A DNA stretch of 64,000 nucleotides from Piromyces finnis finn (GCA_002104945.1 MCFH01000003.1:620001-684000), one strand, 5' to 3'. Positions 47,630 to 58,300 are shown, numbered from the stretch's first letter. Made by a program: numbers and translations. Notes: generated by a model from the sequence alone, not told the origin.

Positions 47630-47865
47630 GGCATCAAATATTTTAAACTTTATTATTAATTTAATTAAAATTATAATACATGTAATATAAAAATTAAAAT
47701 AAAATAAAAATAAAAAAAAATATGTTTAAATAAACACAAATGAATAAAAATTGGGTATAATGTATTCTAGTAATTTTAATTAAAGTAAGAAAGCCACTAT
47801 CATACTAAAGTATAATAATTGTATTTGACTTCCAATGGGACACCGAGCCAAAGATCAAAATTTTG

Positions 47866-50800
47866 TCATGGAACAAAATTATGATCTCCATTGGTTGCGC
47901 TGGCCCTCCTGGCCTGTCTTACTGTTTCTTCAGCATTGACGCTCTTGGATGTTGCTTCAAACCTTTTGAACATTGTCCATTGCTGGCCAATAGCAAAAGG
48001 CATGATTTTGGTTAGAAGTTCCGCGGTTACCGTCAAGAATGGTATTCCTTCGTTAGTACCAGATTGAATCTGACGCTTACAAAGTTCTTTCCATTCCCTT
48101 GAATTGTAATTAATATTGTTAAAACTTCTTCCCCCAAGAAGGAATTTAAATATTTCACTGCACACACTAGAATAATCATACACATTAATATTCACCGGAT
48201 TATTAGAACTATTACTATCATTAACTAAATTACTATCTAAATTAGAATTATTATCTTCACTATTGCTATCATTACTAATATTATTATTTCTATTATTGTT
48301 ATTATTACTATTGTTACTATTACTATTGTTACTATTACTATTGTTATTACTACTATTGTTACTATTACTATTAATGTTATTACTATCTCTACTGATATTA
48401 TCAATTTCATTATTATTGATAGGACTATTGGAATTACGTTGACTGAAAAAATTTAATAGCTGGACTATGGAATCATAATGTTTAATACGGATATCTCTAA
48501 ATGTTGGACAATCTAATAACCAATGTTTAATACTTTGATCTCCACACTTGCAACATGGACAGTAGTTAGGACAAACTGGATCAACAAATTTGGCAGCTTT
48601 GGCAACTCTAGCATCCAACTTGTATCCGCTTCTTGCTTTCAATAGCCAGTAGAAGCCATAGGCAAACTCTGGGTATTCATAACATAATTTAATAAAATCT
48701 TTAGTTTCAATAAATTTATTATCATCATAATATTGCGCTTTGATTGAATTCCTTTTGAGATCTTTCCAATAAAAGTTTTTAACTGCTTTAACATCTCCAT
48801 GTTTCTTTAATTTTTTATCAAGTGTCCTACTTGATTTGCACCACGTGTATTTTCTAAATTTAGGAATGTAATTGACAAGGTGTGAGATAATACAATTTGA
48901 GTTTTTCCATTTGTTAAAACATCTAACCTGAGCTAACGCACATTTGGCTGACAATGGAGGAATATTCAAATCTTTTGAGATAGAGTATAAAGATATAAAC
49001 GATACAGCTTTATGAACTCCGGCAACCCATCGTATTCCTTTGTTAACATGCTTCTGAGCAATCCTAGACCTAGCTTTGTTGGATCCAAGTAATGGTGCAA
49101 AGTATGAAACTCTGCTAATCACTTGTGAGTTAAGTACTAGTTTTTTGAAAGGAATAGGAATATTAGGATTTCTTAAGAATTTACTGACTGAGAATAGCCC
49201 TTTCAAAACCTTGTTATTAAGAGCTTTAATAACTGGTTTAAGGGACAGATTCTTATCAAATGGAACACCAAGATAAGTATAGCAATCAGTAGTTGGAATG
49301 GGTTGTCCTGCTAAGTAAAATGTTGGATATCTCTTGTTCTGATTTTCTATTGATTCAGGACGAATCACCATCGTTGAACATTTCTGGATACCAAATTCCA
49401 TTTCATTATACAATGCCCATTCATTAACTCTTCTAAGCATCTTTTTTAAGCATCCTCTTGTTGGAGCACAAATAACTATATCATCTGCAAAAAGTCCACC
49501 ACAGCATCGAGTGTCACCTAAACTGACTCCTAGATCTTCGCACTCTCTAAATATATCATTAATAAAGAGATTAAAGAGAATAGGAGAAAGAGGGCAACCT
49601 TGACGGACTCCTTTCTTCACATCAAAAGATTTCGAGAATTGTCCATCTAATTTGACATTAGCCTTAGATGTTAAATATAAATTTTTGATAAATTGTAGAC
49701 TCTTACCTCGGATTCCTAAACAATCTAATTTATGGAGAATATTACCGATTGGGACTGAATCGTATGCTTTCCTGAGATCTAAAAAGGCCAAATATGTCTC
49801 TTTATTATCTAATTGACGTCTACGGCATATTTCTTGGATTGAAATGAAAAGACTAATACTTTCTTCCTTTTTTCGAAAACCAAATTGTTCAGGTCTAATG
49901 AAATTATTCTTTAAACCATATTCTGAGATTCTAGTGGTGACAATTTTGGAAATCAACTTAATACCATTATTGATAAGTGATATACCTCGATAGTTATCAC
50001 AATCTGTCAAATCTCCCTTCTTAGGAATAGAAACAATACTGGATTCATTCCATGAGTTGGGGAAGTCTCCATCCCAAATACGGTTGAATAATTTAAGAAT
50101 AAAATTTAAACCATGAGCATCATTATCTGAAGTGGTATTACCGGAAGAATTATTATCTGTAGCATTATTAGAATCATTACTTGATGGAATTAATGCTTTG
50201 TAAAATTCAATTGGAATACCATCCGGACCTGATGCTTTATAATTTGGAGTAGAGAGGATAGCTGACTTGACTTCATCAATACTAATATCTTGGTTGATAT
50301 CCCACTCATCAAGCATAGGAAGTGAAAAACGTTTATTCGTTGGTTCTTCATACCAATGCTCCAAATCAAGACTTACACCACTTGGGTCTGATGCAAGATT
50401 TTCGAAATGATCATGCCACACATCTAGTTGTTCTTCCGTAGCAACAACTAATTCTCCATTTTTATTTTTAATTGGTTGAGCAATAAAGAAAGAATCTTTT
50501 CCAATTTTTGCAGTTTTCTTGATCCATTTCCAGGCCTTCTTAGGATTATGACTCTTCATATACTCACATCCTGTTTTAATCCAATGAAGATATTCTTGCT
50601 TCCTAAATTCATTACATCTTTTGTGGATGTAATCAATGAGTTTACGGTAGATTTTAATTCTTTTAATAAATTCATCTATATCATAAACTCTTTCTTTTTT
50701 AAATCTCTTATACAACTTCATTTTGATTTTTTGAAGATTAAAAATTTGTTGTGAAATATGAAATGAAGACTTTATAACATTATTTGCTGAAGTAATACTG

Positions 50801-52389
50801 AGCTCGTCTGCAATTGAAAAAGCAGTTGAAGTAAACTCTTTGGAAAGTTCATCTGTAGAAACATTAGGATCGTTGAATTTTGCTGAAAGAATTTGGAATT
50901 TATTATGACTGAGAATAGATTCCTTTTCCTCAATACATTTTAATCTATTCCATTTCAGAATTTTCTTAGGAACATTAAAGTCATTAGAGAAATCATCCAT
51001 AGGAATAATTTTACCATTAATAAGAAGTGGCTTATGGTCTGATACAGGATAAAAATTATTTATAAATGATCCTGAGTGAATAAGATCTTTCATCTTCGAA
51101 TTGATAAGAGCATGGTCAATGTCGGAAGATTGATCACCTCGAGTCCAAGAGATAGTAGACCCTCTAAGCGGAAGAATTTCCCAATCTCCTAATCCATTAG
51201 TTGATAACCAGTTGGATAATTTTACTTTAGACATATTAAAATCACCAACAAGAATCGATGGATGGGATGAATGAGTTTGTAACCACAAGCGAACTTCTAA
51301 CTTTGCATGATCAACATAGATGTTGTGATGACTATGAGGCATATAAACATTTCCAATCGAGCATTTGAATCTATTCCAGAGACTAAAAGTATAAATAGAA
51401 ATAATATACTTTCCAGAGAAGTTTTCAAGTGAGGCTTGACATGAATTGTGAAAACCTAAATATAAACCTCTCATTCCAGGAACTGATTCGTCAGCTTTCT
51501 TGAAAAAGTGTCTATAGTTTCGCAAAGTAACACGACAAGGATAATCTGTATTCGATCCAGAACCATTACCAGTTTCTTGGAAACATAAAAATAATGGTTT
51601 GAAAATAGCTGTGAAATAGCTAATACTATCTCTCTTTTCGTGATTCCACCCATTGGTGTTCCAACTAAGACAAAAAGAAAAGTTATCAGGCTTGTTGGAT
51701 GAGGAAGAATCGTTGCTATTATTATTATTATTAAAGTCATCGTTATTAATGGATGATGCATCAGAGGAATAAGTAGAACTATTACTAGATGGCTGTGAAG
51801 CTGAAGAACTATCAACTATTGAACTGTTATCAGAGTTGATAGAACTATTAGAATTAATTGTTGAATGTTGAGATTGAAATTGTGTTTGCTGTAGATCTGG
51901 AATATTTTCATGATGGGAAACTTGTTGAAGATCTTGTTGAAGATCTTGTTGAAGATCGGATTGTTGATGAGATTGTTGAACTGATTGTTGAAATGATTGT
52001 AGAATAGAATGTTGATGTTTATTAGAAACTAAAATTTTACGTTTGAGAGTGGAAAAAGTGTATTTGTGATTCCTTCTACTACGAGCTGAAAAGGAAATTG
52101 AGGTAACTGAAAGTTTCTTCTTTAACATGTGTAAGATTTTAATACAATCTTTCGATGAACCATGAACCTTGACTAAGAAAAAGTGATCATTGAAAGTCTG
52201 AAAATATTTAACACTAATAACTGAATTAAATTTATCTTCTAGAATAACCTCGAGTTTTTCCCATAGCATATTTACTGACCATGATCGAATACCACGGATA
52301 AAGAAGGAGCGAATATCATCTAAGGGGATACCATAAGACCGGGTACCACGTCTGATATAATTCTTGTCTTTAATATAAAGGACTGACAT
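47866..52389 (-). CDS. LINE polyprotein: N-terminal RRM-like domain, APE endonuclease, reverse transcriptase and CCHC zinc knuckle
   Basis: 1507 aa with no stops. APE motifs SWNTNG, CFQET, LVGDFN, IDH and SDHKP; RT motifs GVRQGCPLSPILFN, LFADD and YLG; knuckle CPCC...HWLLDC. Confidence 0.95.
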   Translation of the reverse strand: MSVLYIKDKNYIRRGTRSYGIPLDDIRSFFIRGIRSWSVNMLWEKLEVILEDKFNSVISVKYFQTFNDHFFLVKVHGSSKDCIKILHMLKKKLSVTSISFSARSRRNHKYTFSTLKRKILVSNKHQHSILQSFQQSVQQSHQQSDLQQDLQQDLQQVSHHENIPDLQQTQFQSQHSTINSNSSINSDNSSIVDSSSASQPSSNSSTYSSDASSINNDDFNNNNNSNDSSSSNKPDNFSFCLSWNTNGWNHEKRDSISYFTAIFKPLFLCFQETGNGSGSNTDYPCRVTLRNYRHFFKKADESVPGMRGLYLGFHNSCQASLENFSGKYIISIYTFSLWNRFKCSIGNVYMPHSHHNIYVDHAKLEVRLWLQTHSSHPSILVGDFNMSKVKLSNWLSTNGLGDWEILPLRGSTISWTRGDQSSDIDHALINSKMKDLIHSGSFINNFYPVSDHKPLLINGKIIPMDDFSNDFNVPKKILKWNRLKCIEEKESILSHNKFQILSAKFNDPNVSTDELSKEFTSTAFSIADELSITSANNVIKSSFHISQQIFNLQKIKMKLYKRFKKERVYDIDEFIKRIKIYRKLIDYIHKRCNEFRKQEYLHWIKTGCEYMKSHNPKKAWKWIKKTAKIGKDSFFIAQPIKNKNGELVVATEEQLDVWHDHFENLASDPSGVSLDLEHWYEEPTNKRFSLPMLDEWDINQDISIDEVKSAILSTPNYKASGPDGIPIEFYKALIPSSNDSNNATDNNSSGNTTSDNDAHGLNFILKLFNRIWDGDFPNSWNESSIVSIPKKGDLTDCDNYRGISLINNGIKLISKIVTTRISEYGLKNNFIRPEQFGFRKKEESISLFISIQEICRRRQLDNKETYLAFLDLRKAYDSVPIGNILHKLDCLGIRGKSLQFIKNLYLTSKANVKLDGQFSKSFDVKKGVRQGCPLSPILFNLFINDIFRECEDLGVSLGDTRCCGGLFADDIVICAPTRGCLKKMLRRVNEWALYNEMEFGIQKCSTMVIRPESIENQNKRYPTFYLAGQPIPTTDCYTYLGVPFDKNLSLKPVIKALNNKVLKGLFSVSKFLRNPNIPIPFKKLVLNSQVISRVSYFAPLLGSNKARSRIAQKHVNKGIRWVAGVHKAVSFISLYSISKDLNIPPLSAKCALAQVRCFNKWKNSNCIISHLVNYIPKFRKYTWCKSSRTLDKKLKKHGDVKAVKNFYWKDLKRNSIKAQYYDDNKFIETKDFIKLCYEYPEFAYGFYWLLKARSGYKLDARVAKAAKFVDPVCPNYCPCCKCGDQSIKHWLLDCPTFRDIRIKHYDSIVQLLNFFSQRNSNSPINNNEIDNISRDSNNINSNSNNSSNNNSNSNNSNSNNSNNNNNRNNNISNDSNSEDNNSNLDSNLVNDSNSSNNPVNINVYDYSSVCSEIFKFLLGGRSFNNINYNSREWKELCKRQIQSGTNEGIPFLTVTAELLTKIMPFAIGQQWTMFKRFEATSKSVNAEETVRQARRASATNGDHNFVP

Positions 52390-53033
52390 GATAATAAATT
52401 CTAATTAAAAATATTGAATATAAAATAAATACTAATAAAAATTATAAATATAACGTATATGGAAAAAAAAATCTGTCTCTCTCTCTCTTCTTAAAAGTAC
52501 TGGATAGTACAAAAATTGTTACGATGCTTTGTTTAAAGTTTCTTATTTTGAATTCTAGTTGTAAATTTTCTTTAAAAATTCTAGTTTTGGTTTGTTGTTA
52601 GTAAATTCGAATCGCTTTTTGACACTAAACTTGTTTGACTTTACTTTTCATTAAATATTTAAATTGGTAAAAAATTTGAATCAAGAATGTCGACACCAGA
52701 AAGCTTGTGAATAGTATTTTTACATGATGTAGAGTGAATCAGTCTCTTACAAGAAACAATACAACAATAGCTACATGAATATAAAAATACAATGCAAATG
52801 CTAAAGTTGACTACATTGGATTCTTACAAGAGAAGAGTAGTACTACATGAATACATGAATAAAAGAAAAAATACAGCAACAAAATGTATTACTCTTCTAA
52901 TTAAATACTATACAAACTTACCTGAATATCAAACATTCAACTTATTCATCAAATACTTAATTCGATGAATAAAATGTTTATTAATCGCTCAGTACCATGA
53001 GCTTAGTCCTAATAATTTTCCCTTAAAGACTAA

Positions 53034-53208
53034 CCAAGCATCCATTGCGCAATGCTTGGATTTAATTCTTTCTACTCTCTCAGTACCATGAGCATGAGTA
53101 GACCCCCTTGATAAACTCCATTATTAAATAAATGAAGGCACGTTCCTAAGAGGGCACCAAGCATCCATTGCGCAATACTTGGATTTAATTCTTTCTACTC
53201 TCTCAGTA

Positions 53209-53246
<38 letters not shown>

Positions 53247-53593
53247 GGCATCAAATATTATAAACTTTATTATTAATTTAATTAAAATTATAATACATGT
53301 AATAAAAAATTAAAAAATAAAAATAAAAATAAAAAAAATATGTTTAAATAAACACAAATGAATAAAAATTGGGTATAATGTATTCTAGTAATTTTAATTA
53401 AAGTAAGAAAGCCACTATCATACTAAAGTATAATAATTGTATTTGACTTCCAATGGGACACCGAGCCAAAGATCAAAATTTTGTCATGGAACAAAATTAT
53501 GATCTCCATTGGTTGCGCTGGCCCTCCTGGCCTGTCTTACTGTTTCTTCAGCATTGACTCTCAGTACCATGAGCATGAGTAGACCCCCTTGAT
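53034..53593. repeat. 79-nt direct repeat, two copies (53034-53112; 53157-53212 plus 53571-53593), separated by 44 nt
   Basis: Copies differ at one position (g/a in the hairpin stem); the second is split by an insertion. Confidence 0.92.
53213..53558 (-). mobile_element. Young 5'-truncated LINE copy (about 345 bp) with poly(A) tail and 12-bp TSD
   Basis: Nearly identical to 47627-47940; T run 53213-53243; TSD tctcagtaccat at 53201-53212 and 53559-53570. Confidence 0.93.
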
Positions 53594-53698
53594 GGTGTCC
53601 ACTAAATTCTCCCATGAGTTCATAATGTTTTCATTCGAATTTGAATTCCTTATACGTTGATTTTAATTTGATCTTTACTATTTCATCAAAAATAAAAA

Positions 53699-53770
53699 TG
53701 GAGATATCAGGGATCGAACCCGAGGCTTCTTGCATGCAAAGCAAGCACTCTACCACTGAGTTATATCCCC
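53699..53770 (-). tRNA. trnA-UGC: tRNA-Ala (anticodon UGC)
   Basis: GGGGATATAACTCAGTGGTAGAGTGCTTGCTTTGCATGCAAGAAGCCTCGGGTTCGATCCCTGATATCTCCA folds as a cloverleaf with a TTCGA T-loop and is followed by an oligo-T terminator. Confidence 0.96.
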
Positions 53771-54184
53771 AGCTGTTAAAAGTTATTATTACTCACTCCT
53801 ACATTAATTTTATAAGTATTGCTAAATTAAATCTAACCATCTTCAATCAAATTAGTTTAAACATTCCTATAAATATATTTTCATACAAAATTATTAAAAA
53901 AAATTACACTACATCTTTGAAACACAAAATAAACAATTTTTCATATATTTTTTTATAATTTTTAAAGGCTTTTTTATTTATTTTTTTGATTCTTTCGCTT
54001 TATATAAATTTATACATTCTTTAAATTACTTAAACATATAGTTTAGTTATTTAAACTATTGTCTAATTTTCTCTACTTTTATGGGGTGTTTAAATTAAGA
54101 TAAAACTCATTTATTTGAGTTAAAAACTACTATTTGTTTTACAAAATTACTGTAATTAATTTTCTATTAAAATAGTGATTAAAT

Positions 54185-55240
54185 TTAGTTCTTTTCAACC
54201 TTTTGGTTTTCTGGACGGAGGGAACGGACAGTGATAGCAGTTTGCCACATTTGGGATTCACGGAGTTCCTTGAGTTCCTTGGCAAGGTTTTCACGGTAGT
54301 CTGGCTTAGAGTTGGCAACTAAAGTGTTTTCAGCTTCAGTACCGTTTCTAACAGATTCGTATAATTGTTCGAAGACTGGCTTAGTAGCAGCGTAGAACTT
54401 GTCCATCCAGTCGAGGGCACCACGACGGGCAGTAGTGGAACAGTTGTCGTACATCCAGTCCATACCATTCTTACCGACGAGTGGGTAAAGAGATTGAGTA
54501 GCTTCTTCAACAGTTTCGTTGAAAGCTTCAGATGGAGTGTGACCGTTGGCAATTAAAACTTCGAATTGAGCTCTGAAGCAACCTTGGATACAACCCATAA
54601 GAGTACCACGTTCACCAGTAAGGTCAGAGTAGGTTTCTCTTTCGAAGGTAGTTGGGTAAAGGTAACCAGAACCAATAGCAATACCGGCGGCGTAAGCTCT
54701 TTCTTCGGCCTTACCAGAGTAATCTTGGAAGACAGCAACAGAGGAGTTGATACCACGACCTTCTAAGAAAAGAGTACGAACGGTGGTACCGGAACCCTTT
54801 GGAGCAACCATGATAACATCACAGTCTTCTGGTGGGACAACACCAGTCTTTTCCTTGAAGACAATGGAGAAACCGTGGGAGAAGTAAAGGGTCTTTCCGT
54901 GAACTAATTCCTTGATAGTGCTCCAAGCGGCCTTTTGACCAGCATCAGAGAGAAGGTACATGATGATGGTACCCTTTTGACAGGCTTCGGTGATTTCGAA
55001 AAGAGATTCACCTTCAACCCAACCGTCTTCCTTGGCAAGATCCCAAGATGGACCCTTACGAAGACCAATGATAACCTTGAAACCCTTGTCTCTTAAGTTA
55101 CGGGATTGGTTACGACCTTGAGTACCATAACCGATGACGGTGAAAACATCATCCTTGAAGATTTCGTTAAGCTTTTCTTGTGGGAAATCAGCTCTTTCGT
55201 AAACGGTTTCTTCAACACCACCAAAGTTAATAAGTTTCAT
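54185..55240 (-). CDS. ILV5: Ketol-acid reductoisomerase (acetohydroxyacid reductoisomerase)
   Basis: Motifs VIGYGTQG, YFSHGF, MVAPKGSG and SDLTGERGTLMG; intronless; strong C-ending codon bias; no N-terminal presequence. Confidence 0.96.
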   Translation of the reverse strand: MKLINFGGVEETVYERADFPQEKLNEIFKDDVFTVIGYGTQGRNQSRNLRDKGFKVIIGLRKGPSWDLAKEDGWVEGESLFEITEACQKGTIIMYLLSDAGQKAAWSTIKELVHGKTLYFSHGFSIVFKEKTGVVPPEDCDVIMVAPKGSGTTVRTLFLEGRGINSSVAVFQDYSGKAEERAYAAGIAIGSGYLYPTTFERETYSDLTGERGTLMGCIQGCFRAQFEVLIANGHTPSEAFNETVEEATQSLYPLVGKNGMDWMYDNCSTTARRGALDWMDKFYAATKPVFEQLYESVRNGTEAENTLVANSKPDYRENLAKELKELRESQMWQTAITVRSLRPENQKVEKN

Positions 55241-55320
55241 CTTGAATGAATTTAATGTATATAAATAATTTATACAATAAAAATTTTGTGAAATTTTTAA
55301 TTTTTTGTGGAAATCTTCTT

Positions 55321-55327
55321 ATTTATA
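55321..55327 (-). promoter_or_regulatory. Possible TATA box of ILV5
   Basis: TATAAAT about 80 bp upstream of the ATG, with a CCAAT near 55438. Weak evidence in an AT-rich background. Confidence 0.25.
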
Positions 55328-58300
55328 TGGGTCATAATTTTTTAATTTTAATGATTTGTTCAAATTTTTTTCTAAAACTATAATATATTACAATATATTT
55401 AATTATATTACTTAATAAAATTATATAAAATATTAACCAATCATATTCATGGATATATTTGATATTACAAATTTTCATTATAATAAAAAAAAATATTTTT
55501 TTATTCAATCAAATTCATAATTTTATTTATAGTAATATATAATTATATATAATATAGATATATAAATAAATATATTTTCGATTATTATTAATTTATTAAT
55601 TATAATAAAAAAATTTAAAATTTGCAAAAAAAAAAAAAAAATTTTGAATAATGTTTGGTTATTTTTTAGGCTATTTTGTGGTTTGTGATGCCTTGAGTAA
55701 AAGTAATTGTTTTTATTATTGTGAAAGTGAAATAGTGTGAACTTTTAATTTTTATTATTTAAAATATAAATAAATGGTTCATTAATTAATTAAATGAATA
55801 AATAGTAAATTATTAAATAAATAATTTATTAAGTAAATAAATGAATAAATAATAAATTATTAAATAAATGTATTATTAATTAATTAAATGAATATATATA
55901 AGTTGAAATAAAAAAAAAAGTTTGTTATTAGTATTGCTATTTAATATGGATAATGTTAATTTTAACCGAATATTACACTTTTTTGTTTTTAAAATAAGAT
56001 ATTTTTTATTTTTGTCGAGGCTTTTTTCAACCAAAATGTACCTTATCGGATCAATAACAAAAAAAAATTAATAAATTTTAATGTATATAAAAAAAGCATA
56101 ATTAAATTTATGTGTTATGATTTTTTTTTAATAAATTATGACATGTGGATGATAAAAATTTAATTATGAATTTTAATGTAGCAACATGTTTTTTTTAAAA
56201 AAGAATATTAAAATTATGACAATATTATTAATAAAAAATATTATTATCCTTATTATTTTAGTAATGTTGGTGTAAAAGATATATGGAATTTTGAAACAAT
56301 CTTTAAATAATACATTTCTTTTATCAATTAAATATATTGATTCTATAAGGAATAGATGTGATTTAAAAAATGATCAATATCAATATATATGTATATTCAA
56401 ATAATTTCTTTTTTCGTATATTTAATATAATAATTATTAATGGTATAATATAAAAAAATAATAAATATACAAACATAAATAATAACATCATTAGTTTACT
56501 TTTTTAATAATAATAAATACTTTAGGATTATTATTCTTTCTTTCTTTTTTTTTTTTTTTCTTTTTAATCTTTAACACTTTTTATACTAGTGTATTTAAAT
56601 AAAATATAAGAAATAAAAATTGATGGGTTAGGGATTACTGTAGATTAATTAATATAAAAAATTTATTTTTTAAAATGTACCATTTCAAACTTCAATTAAA
56701 ATAATTTAGTTTGCGTTTAAGAATAATTATCAGAAAGGTTTTAATTTCCTCATATAGTGTAATAATATAACATTGTTTAGCTTTAGATTACTTATGAAAG
56801 AAAAAGTAATAAATATTTCAACTTTTTCAAAAAATGTCATTTTTTATTGATATGATGTAAAGTATTAGAATTACATTTTATTATATGCTATACCTATACT
56901 TTTTTTCTTTATTTAAATACTAAAAAATTTTTACAGTATTTAATCTTTTGTTTTGTGTAATTACCAGTTATAAAACAAAGGATTTCAATATAATTATACA
57001 ATTTTTATTGATATTCAACAGTGTAATTGATGAGAAATAAAAAGGATTATATAACACCTTATTCTATGTAATATATTTTCATTAATATTTAATTATTTCG
57101 GTAATTAATTATGTAATAGTTGTATTTTAGGTATACATAATACTTTTTATTTTTATATCATTATTATATTATTATATTTTATAATTTTTCTTTTTTCTTT
57201 TCATTTTTTTCTTTCTTTAAATGAAGAAGGATTTAAGTTGAACCATTTCTTATTTCTAATTTTGGTAGTTCCTGGCCAATAATAAAGTTACACAAGTAAG
57301 TTAATATTGTTTTTTTAAATTTGTTTTTTTATGAAAATTAATAAAGTTTATTGCTATTTTTTTAAAAAATTATATTTAATATGTAAATAATAATTAAATA
57401 GAAACTATTGATGATTATATAAAATGAATATAAACATAATATATAAAACTTTAAACTAGTTTATTTTAATTATGGACAAAATAAATATAATTTTTCATTA
57501 CTTTTTATTATTTATTTTCTATATAATAGACAAAAAATATTAATATGGTTTACTTTTTATTATTCCTTTTCTATATACTTTATTATTATTATTGTAGTAA
57601 TTATCATTTGATATAAAGTTATTAATATTATTAATATTGTCACTTTTTAGGTAAAACTTCTTTTTTAATTTTTTTGTTTCCCATCTTGAAAGATATTGAT
57701 ATGAAATTAATATGTCTAGCTACATATTAGCCAATATTTAAAATAATTTTTATTATTTAAAATATTCAATTTCATCTTTAGAAATTTATATATAATATTT
57801 CATAATAATAATATAATAATTGATATATATTATAATACATTATTTATATATTAGTTATAGAATTCATGTACATATTTCATTATATTCTTAAATATTAATA
57901 TTATATATTAGTATTAATTTTATTGTAATACTTATTTGTATTACATTACCTTTCCTTATATAGTAATATTTCATATAAAATGTAAAATATATTATACTAT
58001 ATCCTATTTAATTATTATTCATATATTATGAATACATTACATTATATAATTGATATTCAATTATATTATAGGAATTTTATAATATAAAAATATTCATGTA
58101 AAAAATAATTAATAATTAGAAAGGGAAGAGCTTTAATAATTAATAAGAAAATATTATAAGTGAAATTATTAATAAGAGAGAAGTTAATAGTAATAAAATA
58201 TTTTTCACCTAATATAATAAATTATAAATAAACTAATATTAAATTACTACAACATAAAAGAAACTTATATCAATATATTATTCACATGACTTTTTAATAG

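Larger units (their letters stand above)
47586..53593 (-). mobile_element. Apparently full-length non-LTR retrotransposon (LINE, APE type) with a 41-nt poly(A) tail; 5' end uncertain
   Basis: Intact ORF, about 240-bp 3' UTR, T41 run at 47586-47626, and a long structured 5' region. No TSD was identified for this copy. Confidence 0.85.
52931..53593 (-). ncRNA. Candidate structured RNA (multi-hairpin array with a duplicated 79-nt unit) in the LINE 5' region
   Basis: At least six hairpins; stem substitutions give G.U on the minus strand and A/C mismatches on the plus strand. Confidence 0.55.

Noticed and set aside
47401-47637. Poly-Lys ORF
   Set aside because: Read through a retroposon poly(A) tail.
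53034-53112. H/ACA snoRNA or hammerhead ribozyme
   Set aside because: Hairpin-hinge-hairpin layout with an AAAGAA hinge but no ACA tail and short stems; CUGAGAG does not match the CUGANGA core.
53034-53593. CRISPR-like array; TTTCTACT...GTAGA resembles a Cas12a repeat stem
   Set aside because: Only two 79-nt units, eukaryotic context, and no cas, TnpB or Fanzor ORF in the window.
53594-53698. TSD for the full-length LINE
   Set aside because: Only a 6-nt AT-rich match (taaatt) to the 3' flank, which is not significant in this genome.
53641-53958. 105-aa ORF on the + strand
   Set aside because: Antisense to tRNA-Ala with no protein features.
54319-54766. Several short ORFs overlapping ILV5
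   Set aside because: Alternative-frame or antisense by-products of biased codon usage.
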